A DNA stretch of 64,000 nucleotides from Octopus vulgaris (Eukaryota), in the NCBI GenBank assembly GCA_951406725.2, contig OX597818.1, forward strand, positions 15,872,001-15,936,000. Reading direction: 5' to 3'. Under the pieces are notes generated by a model. The model had not been told where the DNA came from. It worked only from the letters and a program-made list of their open reading frames with translations, and searched no databases. Position numbers and translations under genes: made by a program. Of the stretch, positions 37,426 through 49,124 are shown piece by piece (within the stretch, counting starts at the first letter, position 1; each line of letters opens with the position of its first letter).

Positions 37426-37789
37426 TGTGGAAATTGAATATTAATTTGATTAATATTAATTTAAAACCAGTGGTCTAGCATATTGAAAAATCTGAATTTT
37501 CAGAAAAATTTATATTACATACATATAAGAAGAATGACCTGTAAGTGGACATCCATTATGCTAGAAGAAGGTCTGCTATGGTCTTACCACTAAGAAAGGT
37601 ATGTTCTCAAGAAAATTTAGCAAACATCAGAACATAAGCGAGCAAGAAGAATGAAAAGATACAAAATATAGATTAATCACCAACCAGATTTTGTTGTTAT
37701 TGCTTACATAATCATTTACGTAATTGTCCACAACTCATCAGTGTGATTGTCTTTGCAAATATAATTTGCAGAACTATACATGGACGTTT

Positions 37790-38171
<382 letters not shown>

Positions 38172-38664
38172 TTATGATGGGCTTCTTTCAGTTTCCATTT
38201 ACCAAATCCACTCACAAGGCTTTGGTTAACCCAAGGTGCCATGCAGTGGAACTGAAACCAGAACCTTGTGATTGGGAAGCAAGCTTCTTACCACACAGCC
38301 ACACCTGTGCCTATATGATTTTTATTTATTTTGCCATTTATTTATTTTACATAATCCACAGCTAAATGGGGCAGCTACTTTATTTCATGTATTGGGACTG
38401 AATGTTGAAGTATAATCATGAAGTTTCCACTGATATGAAAATACAATGTCATACAGAGTATTAAGATTTGTTAAAGCTTTATCAATGCATACATCATGAC
38501 CATAAAAATATCTAAAGGACCTTTAACACATGACAAACTTCTTTTTAGAGGTGATATTTGATTATCTTGTATGAACATTTACAAATATGTATGAGTTTGG
38601 TGTATTATCTGTAGTTCTAGTTGAAAATTTCAACACCTACTCTCAGGATTGGTTTGGTACCAAT

Positions 38665-38737
38665 CTGAAATACAGGTATTGTTGCATAAAGCTGAAATAC
38701 AGGTATTGTTGTATACATTTGAAATACAGGTATTGTT
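38665..38737. repeat. 27-bp tandem repeat, about 2.7 copies
   Basis: YTGAAATACAGGTATTGTT at 38665, 38692 and 38719. Confidence 0.85.
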
Positions 38738-39677
38738 AACAACCACACCTCACAACTAACTGGCTTTATTATTGTAAATTATAAATGAAACAACAACTGC
38801 ACTTTTGCTTTTGTTTCATAGAATTGTCTGCAGCCACCACAACTATAGCACCTCTGGACATTTCGGATAATAAACCCATAATGGGGAAACTAACTTTACC
38901 AGTGTACCAGCATGAGCCTTAGAAAAGTCTGACACTGCAAGAGGCTGAACTTTTGAAACTGTATTGATTCTTCAACTGTTTCTTAAGAGAAAGACTCTGA
39001 GAAGACATGGATTTGAGCTAAAGGGGCTATATGCAAAACCATTGATTTTATGTCCATATTAAAAAACATTACTAAAATACAGGTAACACAGCTTTGTTGG
39101 CAAATGCAGATCTACTAAGAAGTATTGGTTCTTTGTTAAGTAAAAGAGAGTCCTTTATGAGAAATCAAAAGAAAGTTAATTCAAGCAGGGTACACCTACA
39201 ACTGTACAGAGCGTATAAAAGAAAACATATGCTAACATGAGAAACAAGTGACAACACAAAGGTTCTTTTGTTGGCTTGTACAAATTAGGACAACTATACA
39301 ACTGAAACTATTACATCTATAGAGACATTTGATCAACACATGGACTTCATTTCATATGTGTTATTATTGCAAAGTATTTCTATGCATCTATTGTGAGTTG
39401 GGGTTTAATTTGTCAACAATATGCCAGAGATGCAATTACTTCTTTTGTGTAAACAGTATTTGTATTGAATAGATTCCATTAATCTTATCTAGTCATTTTC
39501 TACATACTGAGAAAATTTATTTTCAACATAAAAACAGAAATAAATAACACAGTGGAAAACTTTCTAAAATTTGATTTTAATCACAAATGGTAACTTATCT
39601 TCTTTCTGTAAATAACTCATTTAACCTCTATTATCCTATTTCAACTTGAGATCATATAACATTGATATACATTTAGG

Positions 39678-39960
39678 CATCATTCGAGCGTGATTGTTAC
39701 CAGCATCGCCTTACTGGCACCTGTGCCGGTGGCATGTGCAAAAAGATTCGAGCATGGTCGTTGCCAGTACTGCCTGACTGGCCCCTGTGCTGGTGGCATG
39801 TAAAAGCACCCACTACACTCTCGGAGTGGTTGGTGTTAGGAAGGGCATCCAGCTGTAGAAACTCTGCCAGATCAAGATTGGAGCCTGGTGCAGCCATCTG
39901 GTTCACCAGCCCTCAGTCAAATCATCCAACCCATGCTAGCATGGGAAGCGGATGTTAAAC

Positions 39961-39988
<28 letters not shown>
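39678..39988 (+). mobile_element. RTE 3' tail copy
   Basis: Family tail and (GAT)n. Confidence 0.85.
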
Positions 39989-39992
<4 letters not shown>

Positions 39993-40403
39993 CAGTCTTG
40001 GTTTGACTGCTTTTATGCTACTGTATTTACATTGTTCAATTCATTTTAAATGTAACTTTATTCCATGTTCACTTTTTTCTTTAATTTTCCTTTGAAATGG
40101 GCAAGTATGGCTGTATGGTTAAAATGTTTGCTTAGCAACTACTTGGTTCCAGGTTCAATCCCACTGCACGGACACTTTGGGCAAGTTTCTCTTATCAATG
40201 CTTTGTAAGTTAAATTTGTAGCTAGAAACTGTGTGAAGAATTTATGTGTACCTATATGGAAATGATGATAGTAGTGAGAAAACAGGAAAGCCAGTGCTAT
40301 AAAAAGAAATATATATATACATGTAATAGGATTAGAAATAGAAAGTCATTGGTACAGTAGTATATATTTGAAGAAATTAATAGGAATGCAAATCAAATTT
40401 GAT

Positions 40404-40466
40404 TGGAAAATCCGGGCATTGATCTCATTTGCTAAGCAAGCGCTTTACCATCTGAGCCAATTCCTT
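40404..40466 (-). pseudogene. tRNA-Ala(AGC) pseudogene
   Basis: Minus: GGAATTGGCTCAGATGGTAAAGCGCTTGCTT-AGC-AAATGAGATCAATGCCCGGATTTTCCA matches metazoan tRNA-Ala(AGC), with the 3' anticodon stem and variable loop deleted. Confidence 0.75.
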
Positions 40467-40567
40467 TGCTTTTCCAGATATCTAATTATTAAAGTGACTT
40501 GTCTAAACATCTAATCATTAAAGTGGAAAAATTATCAGAAAAGCCACTCCTATTCAGTTCTTCAAAC

Positions 40568-40568
<1 letters not shown>

Positions 40569-40598
<30 letters not shown>

Positions 40599-40616
40599 CA
40601 CACATACATACATACA

Positions 40617-40648
<32 letters not shown>

Positions 40649-41000
40649 CATACACACATACATACATACATACATACATACATACATACATACATACATA
40701 CATACATACATACATACATGTATGCATGCATGCATGTATATATGCATACTTGCATGCATTGCATGTATGTATGCATTCATGTATATGTGTATGTATGTAT
40801 TATGTATGTATGTATATAAGTATTCAATTCCTATTCAGTTCTTTAAGCACATACATATATGTATATATGTATGCATGCATGCGTGCATGTATGTATATAT
40901 GCATTCATGTATGTATGCATGTATGTATGTATGTATGTATGTATGTATGTATGTATGTATGTATGTATGTACGTATGTATGTATGCATGTATGTATACAT
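40569..41000. repeat. (TACA)n facing (TATG)n compound microsatellite
   Basis: Direct. Confidence 0.95.
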
Positions 41001-41392
41001 ACACATATTCAATTTCTGTCTGCCAAATCTACTCACAAGGCTTTGACCAACCAGGGCTAAAATAAAAGACACTTGGCCAAGGTGCTATACAGCTGGCTTG
41101 AACTCAAAACCACATACTTGGAAAGAAAACTTCATAATTACTTAAGTCATTCCTGTACACTACTTAAAATATATATATTCATTTCAATAAAAATAACCAA
41201 TATATTTTTGTCTTGAAGCTATGTAAAGCATTAACATGTGCCTTACAATAAAATTATATAATATTTTATAGTTATAGATTAAACATTTTTTTTAAATTTT
41301 AGAATCACATTCCTTGTTTCCAAAATATTTTTTAACATACCACAGATATTTCTGGTTATTGCTTGGGGATTTTCAGATATTTTTACCAGTAT

Positions 41393-41755
41393 AGGCATAG
41401 GAGTGGCTGTGTGGTAAGTAACTTGCTTATGAACCACATGGTCCCGGGTTCAGTCTCACTGCGTGGCACCTTGGGCAAGTGTCTTCTGCTATAGCCTTGG
41501 GCTGACCAAAGCCTTGTGAGTGGATTTGGTAGACGGAAACTGAAAGAAGCCCATTGTATATATGTATATATATATATATGTATGTGTGTGTATATGTTTG
41601 TGAGTCTGTGTTTGTTCCCCCAACATTGCTTGACAACCGATGCTGGTATGTTTACATCCCCGTAACTTGGCAGTTCGGCAAAAGAGACCGATCGACTAAA
41701 GGCGGTGCTCCAGCTTGGCTGCAGTCAAATGATTGAAATAAGTAAAAGAGTAAAG
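41393..41755 (+). mobile_element. Abundant tRNA-derived SINE
   Basis: GGAGTGGCTGTGTGGTAAG head through TGAAAYAAGTAAAAGAG tail. Confidence 0.88.
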
Positions 41756-41774
41756 AGAGCATGAAGAGAAGTAT

Positions 41775-42174
41775 GTCATCATCATCATCGTTTAACGTCC
41801 ATTTTCCATGCTAGCATGGGTTGGACGGTTTGACCGGGTCTGGGAAGCCAGGAGGCTGCATCAGGCTCCAGTCTGATCTGGCAGTGTTTCTACAGCTGGA
41901 TGCCCTTCCTAACACCAACCACTCTGTGAGTTTAGTGGGTGCTTTTTATGTGCCACCGGCACAGGTGCCAGGCGAGGCTGGCAACGGCCACGCTCGGATG
42001 GTGCTTTTTACATGCCACCAGCACATGTATCACAACTACAATTTCCATTTGATTTTTTGATGCTGATCAAATGGAAATTATAGTTGTGATACCTGTGCCA
42101 GTGGCATGTAAAAAGCACCATCTGAGCGTGGCCGATGCCACTGCTGCCTTGACTGGCTTCCGTGCCGGTGGCAT
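41775..42174. mobile_element. RTE tail (minus, 41775-42053) with an inverted UTR segment (plus, 42066-42174)
   Basis: About 75-bp inverted arms around 42060. Confidence 0.8.
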
Positions 42175-42244
42175 TGTAAAGATATTCAGATTCGCTGTTC
42201 ACTTCCTATCCACAGTTTAAGTTCCATTTTGCTGCAGACTTTAA

Positions 42245-42463
42245 CCCTTTAGCATTCAGATTATTCTGTCAAATGTAATGATTTTTCATTCACATTGTTT
42301 TAAATTAATCAGGCATTATTTTGCAGCTTCGAAATTTTGATGATGGGACTGTATATTTTATAATGGCATTGAAGGGTAAGTGTCATAGGCTAGATCTGGC
42401 TGGTTAGAACATAAAACAGGTAGCATATATGGGCCGAAAATGGCTGGTTTAAATGCTAAATAG
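42245..42463. mobile_element. piggyBac-type MITE
   Basis: TTAA flanks; CCCTTTAGCATT / AATGCTAAATAG. Confidence 0.8.
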
Positions 42464-42632
42464 TTAATCCAACAGGTGTTCAGGATTTATATTAACCATA
42501 TCAAATACCAAGAAGGCTATAAAGTTCACAAGCTCTGCCCTTCTTCGGTAACTTACAAAAACAAAAATGAAGTAATATAAGTAGTAACAGCAGAGCTACA
42601 GCTAAATTATATTTATTAGTTGTAGTAGTTGT

Positions 42633-43024
42633 AAGGCAATGAGCTGGCAGAGTCATTAGCACACCAGGCATTTTGTTCACCTTTACATTCTGAGTTCAAA
42701 TTCCACCGAGGTTGACTTTGCCTTTCATCCTTTCGGAGGTCGATAAATTAAGTACCAGTGAAACACTGGGGCCGATGAAATTGACTATCCCCTCCCACAA
42801 TTTCAGACCTTGTGCCTTTAGTAGAAAAGAATTGTTAGCATGCCCGACAAGATGCTTTGTGGTATTTCTTCTGAGTTTACTTTCTTTCAAAGTCTATCAA
42901 GTTTGACTTTGTCTTCCATTTTTTCAGGGTTGATAAAATAAGTACCACTGAAGCACTGGAGTCAATGTAATCAACTAGCACCATTCTCTAAAACTTCAGG
43001 CCCTCCTGCCTATAGTAGAAAGAA
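42633..43024 (+). mobile_element. Two tandem Nin-type SINE copies
   Basis: GACTTTGCCTTTCATCCTTTCGGAGGTCGATAAA core near 42715 and a degenerate one near 42905. Confidence 0.8.
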
Positions 43025-43349
43025 TTGGTAATAGTAGCAACAGCAAAAAGAGTAGTGGTTAAAATTACAGTAGATTTTATGATAACGCTAGTAGTAATAG
43101 TAGGAGGAGCAAAAGTCTTACTTTACAGCAGAGTCTTTTTTACATTCAATATTCGTCCACTGCAAGCCAGCAAGACAACTTCACTGGTGCACGAAGAACC
43201 AAAAAAACCAGAACTGGAAGCAAGCTTCTTACCACACAGCCATGCCACTGCATGATACCCTGAGCAAGTGTCTTGTACAATAACCTCAGGCTGACCAAAG
43301 CCTTGTAAGCGAATTTGGTAGATGGAAACTCACAGATGCCCATTATATA

Positions 43350-46142
43350 TATCATCATCATCATCATCATTTAACGTCCACTTTCCATGCTGGCATGGGT
43401 TGGACAATTTGACTGAGGACTGGTGAACCAGATGGCTGCACCAGACTCCAATCTGATCTAGCAGAGTTTCTACAGTTGGATGCCCTTCCTAATGCCAACC
43501 ACTCCGAGAGTGTAGTGGGTGCTTTTACGTGCCACCGACACAAGGGCCAGTAAGGCAGTACTGGCAACAGCCACGTTCAAGTGATGTTTTTTACATGCAG
43601 CACTGGCAACAACCTTGCTCGAATGTTTTTCAGGTGCCACTGGCACAAATGCTAGTAAGGCAACGCTGGTAATGATCACGTTTGAATGGTGCATTTTACA
43701 GGCCAAAAGCATGGAAGCCAGTGAGCTGCTCTGGCAGTGATCACACTTGGAAGGTGCTCTTAGTGCTTCACTGGCACAGATGCCAGTCATCGAATTTGCG
43801 AATTTGATTTGATTTCAATTTCACTTACCTCAAAAGGTCTTCGCAAGCAGAGTTTAGTGTCCAATAAAGGAAAGGTACGCATAAGTGGGCTGGTTACACC
43901 CCTAGCATAGGCCATGGGTATAGTCTCACTTGCTGGGTCTTTTCAAGCACTGCATATTTCCAAAGGTCTCAGTCACTAGTCATTGCCTCGGTAGAGCCTA
44001 ATGTTCGAAGGTTGTGCTTCACCACCTCATCCCAGGTCTTCCTTGGTCTACCTCTTCCACAGGTTCCCACAACCATTAGGGTATGGCACTTTTTCACACA
44101 GCTATTCTCATCCATTCTTGCCACATGACCATACCAGTGCAGTCATCTCTCTTGCACACCACATCTGATGCTTCTTAGGTCCAACTTTTCTCCCAAGGTA
44201 CTTACACTCTGTCGAGTATGCACACTGACATTACACATCCATCGGATCATATTGGCTTCATTCCTTGCGAGCTTACGCATGTCCTCAGCAGTTACGGCTC
44301 ATGTTTCACTGCCATGTAGCATGGCTGTTTGTACACATGCATCATACAGTCTACCTTTTACTCTGAGCAAGAGGCCCTTTGTCACCAGCAGAGGTAGGAG
44401 CTCTCTGAACTTTGTCTAGGCTATTCTTATTCCAGCAGCTACACTTTCAGCATGCCCTCCCCCGCTACTGACTTGGTCACCTAGGTAATGGAAGCTATCA
44501 ACTACTTCTAGTTTTTCTCCCTGGAATGTGGTGGAAGTTGTTCTTGGCACATTTTCAGTTTTTATTGCTCCTGAGCATCTGCCACATACAAAAACTATCT
44601 TCCCAGTTAGCCTTCCTTTGATATTGCTGCACCTCTTATGTGTCCATAGCTTACACTGAGTACATCTTATAGAGTTTCTACCTACGCCTTTTCTACAGAT
44701 CAACCAGGGCCATCTACCTGAAGGGATTTGTGGTCTGTCTGCCTTCCTACTTATTAGGACTTTGGTTTTAGCTAGGTTGACTCTAAGGCCCTTCGATTGT
44801 AATCCTTGTTTCCACACCTGAAACTTCTCCTCTAGTTCTGATAGTGATTCAGCAATTAGAGCAAGGTCGTCAGCATAGAGGAGCTCCCAGGGGCATCCTG
44901 CCTTGAATTCCTCTGTTATTGCCTGGAGGACTATGATGAATAGGAGTGGGCTGAGGACCGAACCTTGGTGGACCCCTACCTCTACCCGGAATTCTTCACT
45001 GTACTTGTTACCAACCCGCACCTTACTGGCAGCATCCCTGTACATGGCTTGCACAGCTCTCACTAACCATTCATCTATCCCTAGTCTCCTCATTGACCAC
45101 CAGATAAGGGATCAGGGAACCCTGTCGAAGGCTTTCTCCATGTCAACGAAAGCCAGGTACAGAGGTTTATCTTTGGCTAGGTATTTCTCCTGCAGCCATC
45201 TTACCAGTAATATAGCATCAGTGGTGCTTTTCCCTGGCATAAACCCAAACTGCATCACATCTAAACTGACTCTCTCCCTAATTAGTTGGGCTATGACCCT
45301 CTTCGTGACCTTCATTACCTGATCCAACAGCTTGATACCTCTGTAATTATTTGTATCTAAAGCATCACTTTTACTTTTGTAGCAGTTGACTATGGTACTT
45401 CTGCACCAGTCATTGGGTATGACTCCTTCGTGTATCACCTGGTTAACTATGCAGGTGACTAGGCTATAGCCAACACTGCCAGATATTTTGAGCATCTCTA
45501 CAGTGATTCCTGATGGGCCAGGGGCTTTCCCTGTCTTCGTACTCTTAATTGCTTTATCTACCAAGGTACTGTCAACTCAGATAGCTGGTCCCTCTGTTGG
45601 GTCAACATTCAGCAGACTCTCTTTCTCCCATTAATTCTCTTTATTCAGCAACCTTCCATAGTGGCATCTTCAAACTTCTCTCTTTGCAGCCTCGTTTAGT
45701 GCAAGTGAACCATCATCCATGCAGACACATTTCTCTCTTACAACATGACGATTCTCTTTCACACACTGTCTTGCAACACGAAATACCTCAGGTCTTTGGT
45801 ACTCATGGTGCAGAACATTGGCAAATTTTTTCTTATCTGCTTCCCCTCTGGCTAAATAAACCTGTCTCCTAGCTTCCCTTCTGGCAGTCTGATACAATTC
45901 CCTGCTACCACTGTTCTTCCAGTCCTTCCAAGCCTGTTTCTTTTCTCTAATAGCCCTGTCAACAACATTGTTCCACCACCACATTATTTTGGGTCGAGAG
46001 GGGACTTTGCATCCTCCACAGATCTGGTCAGTGGCCCTCCGCAAGTTGTTCTGTAGAAACCTCCAGTTGTCTTCTATATTGTGTGAAGCTATATCTCCTT
46101 CCATTTCGTTAAAGGCTTCGAGTAATATGTCTCTAAATCTCT
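43350..46142 (-). mobile_element. Longest RTE LINE copy (linker, RT, PHD-like finger, C-terminus, 3' UTR), 5'-truncated, with stops
   Basis: ORFs 45670-46182, 45112-45564 (KAPGPSG, YRGIKLL, QFGF, FVDMEKAFD) and 44416-45093 (GVHQGSVLSP, LLYADDL, FHYLG). Confidence 0.95.
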
Positions 46143-46201
46143 GTATAAAATCTCTAAAGCTCTGTATTAAAAAAAAATGCACTATTTCTGGGATGACTCA
46201 G

Positions 46202-46232
<31 letters not shown>

Positions 46233-46894
46233 TTACATTATACGCACACACTCACATATCCACACAAACAGAAGCGAAAGTTCTGCACTAAGATTTAAAG
46301 CTGGCAAAGTTAAGCTAGCCACTCCTACATGGTGGTAATGTTTCAGGAACTAATAAATTAAAGCAAATGTTTTTCATAAAAAATTGTATGCACTGAAAAG
46401 ATTAAATCAGCTTCAACTGCCTGTCTGTTGGGAATTGAATGAGGTGGCAAGGATCACAAACAAATTGTTCTCAGACTGGTACATAAACAAATCTGCACTG
46501 CTGCATACATCTTCTACACTGAGAATGATTCGCCATGCAAAGCTATTTTTTTCTGCTAGTGTTTCTGGCAATACTCCAAATCCCGATGAAGGTCAGATGA
46601 AGCTTAAAGTAAGCATAGCTTACATGCCTTCAGGAACGACATCTGTTTTGCAGTTGTTACTACCAGGTGGTGGGTAGTAATAACTGTCACAGTGTTCTAT
46701 CTGCCAGAATATTTTAACCACTTCATTATCATATTTCTGTTGAAATACAATGCTTTTATCTTTTATCTTTTAACTGTTTCAGTCATTAGACTGCGGCCAT
46801 GTTGGGGCACCACCTTCTTGAACTTTTAAGCGAATGAATTGACCTCAGGACTTATTTTTCTAAAACTGGTACTTATATTTTTGGACCATTTATT

Positions 46895-48165
46895 GCTGAA
46901 AACTGCTACTTCTTCATCCCAGACTGGTCAACTGAAGAGGGCAAATCATTCTTCATGACAATGCTTGACCACACATTTCACTAATAGTTAGAGAGCTCTT
47001 ACCCCTGCTGGTGACAAAAGGCCTCTCGCTCAGAGTAAAAGGCAGACTGTATGATGCATGTGTACACACAGCCATGCTACATGGGCCGTGACTGCTGAGG
47101 ATATGCGTAAGCTCGCAAGAAATGAAGCCAGTATGCTCCGATGGATGTGTAATGTCAGTGTTCATAATCGACAGAGTGTAAGTACCTTGAGAGAAAAGTT
47201 GAACCTAAGAAGCATCAGTTGTGGTGTGCAAGAGAAACGGCTGCGCTGGTATGGTCATGTGACGAGAATGGCTGAAGATAGTTGTGTGCAAAAGTGCCAC
47301 ACCCTAGCAGTTGAGGGAACCTGTGGAAGAGGTAGACCCAGGAAAACCTGGGACGAGATGGTGAAGCACGACCTTCGAATTTAGGTCTCACCAAGGAAAT
47401 GACTAGAGACTGAGACCTATGGAAGTAAGCTGTGCGCGAGAAGACCCAGCAAGACTAGTGAGGCCATAACCCGTGGCCCCTACCTGGGATGTAGTCAGTC
47501 CACCTGTGCATACCTTCCTTCTTGGGACACTTGTGAAGACCTGTTGAGGCAAGTGAAAATCAAATCAAACCAAATCAAAATAGATGAACATCAATGGAAT
47601 TTGTATCTTTGTGGTACCAGTGCCGGTGGCACATAAAAAAACCATCCGAACGTGGCCGTAGCCAGTACCGCATCAACTGGCCTCTGTGTTGTGGGCACAT
47701 AACAAACACCATCCGATCGTGGCCGTTCGTCAGCCTCATCTGGTACCTGTGTCGGTGGCACATAAAAAACACCATCCGAGCGAGGCCGTTTGCCAGCCTC
47801 GTCTGGCACCTGTGTCGGTGGCACATAAAATCACCCACTACACTCTCGGAGTGGTTGGCGTTAGGAAGGGCATCCAGCTGTAGAAACACTGCCAGATCTG
47901 ACTGGCCTGGTGCAGCCTTCGGGCTCCCCAGACCCCAGTTGAACCGTCCAACCCATGCTAGCATGGAAAGCAGACGTTAAACGATGATGATGATGATGAT
48001 GATACTCCAGAAGTTGAGGGAACTTGGCTACGAAGTTCTTCCCCACCCAGCTTATTTCCCAGACCTTTCTCCTACCGACTACTATTTTTGCAAGCACCTT
48101 GATGGCTTCCTGTGAGAGAAGGAGTTCAAAAATCAAACCAATGCTGAAATTGCATTCAAAGAGTC
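46895..48165 (+). mobile_element. DD34D mariner transposase fragment split by an RTE insertion
   Basis: IILHDNA*PH before 46985 joins ILQKLRELGYEVLPHPAYFPDLSPTDYY after 48002; 34 residues between the aspartates. Confidence 0.85.
46989..48003 (+). mobile_element. 5'-truncated RTE copy, same subfamily as 14267-15843
   Basis: Near-identical RT C-terminus and UTR, without the triplication. Confidence 0.92.
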
Positions 48166-48199
48166 CTGTACTAGAGTAAAATTTCCTTTTTTTCTCACA

Positions 48200-48241
<42 letters not shown>

Positions 48242-48746
48242 ATTATATTATATTATAGTATCTTTTATCTTTCATCTGTTTCAATCATTAGACTGCAACC
48301 ATGATTTTCAAAAAGTTCAAATAGAAAGATATGGTTTATGTCTTGTGTTTGAAACTTACCCTATTTTTTATAGGGAGTCCATGGCTCAAATTAGTTTATG
48401 TTTTGAATAGGATTTGATTTGTAGAGCATAGTCACATGATCATAATAAAAGCCATAAGTCTTGTTAAATACAGCTACCCAGGGTTTCCTGGTCGAAATAT
48501 TGATTTATTTTGCCATTTTTCAATCTGAGAAGAAGACTGGTTGTCAGGTGCATTTTAAGGTCATCTACTTAAAACGTGAGGTTTTTATTATAACATTATC
48601 TTTACTTAAGCTTTACTACATTATATATATATATATAGATAGAGATATACACACACACACATTATCTAACCTAAAATTTGCTTATGCCCAAGTACTGCTT
48701 GGTGTTGATATTACTGTAAGATATATATATACATACATACATACAT

Positions 48747-48789
<43 letters not shown>

Positions 48790-48824
48790 CACACAGAGTC
48801 ACTCATATATGTCCTCTGCCATTA

Positions 48825-49124
48825 GAGTCTGACAAGTTGTCTAAGGACATTCAATGAAAGCAACCTGATCTGTCAAGCACAAAAAACTGGATTCTTCACT
48901 CAGTCTCCTCACTTGTAAGTTTCTTGCCAAAAACATGGTATCACTTCTGCACCTATCCTATTTGTCAGATTTAGCTCCTGTGGACTTCCATCTCTTCCAC
49001 AAGATGAAAATGTAGTTTAAAGATTGCTGTTTTAACACTGTTGTCGAGATCCAGAGTGAATCACAGAAGATCCTCAACTTACTTATAGAAAATGACTTCC
49101 AGCAGAGATTCCAAAAGTGGAAGG
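48825..49124 (+). mobile_element. Mariner transposase C-terminal fragment
   Basis: HLSYLSDLAPVDFHLFHKMK..ENDFQQRFQKW. Confidence 0.75.

Noticed and set aside
46580-46642. CCGATGAAGG..CCTTCAGGAACG hammerhead-like string
   Set aside because: No proper GAAA core or stem I pairing.
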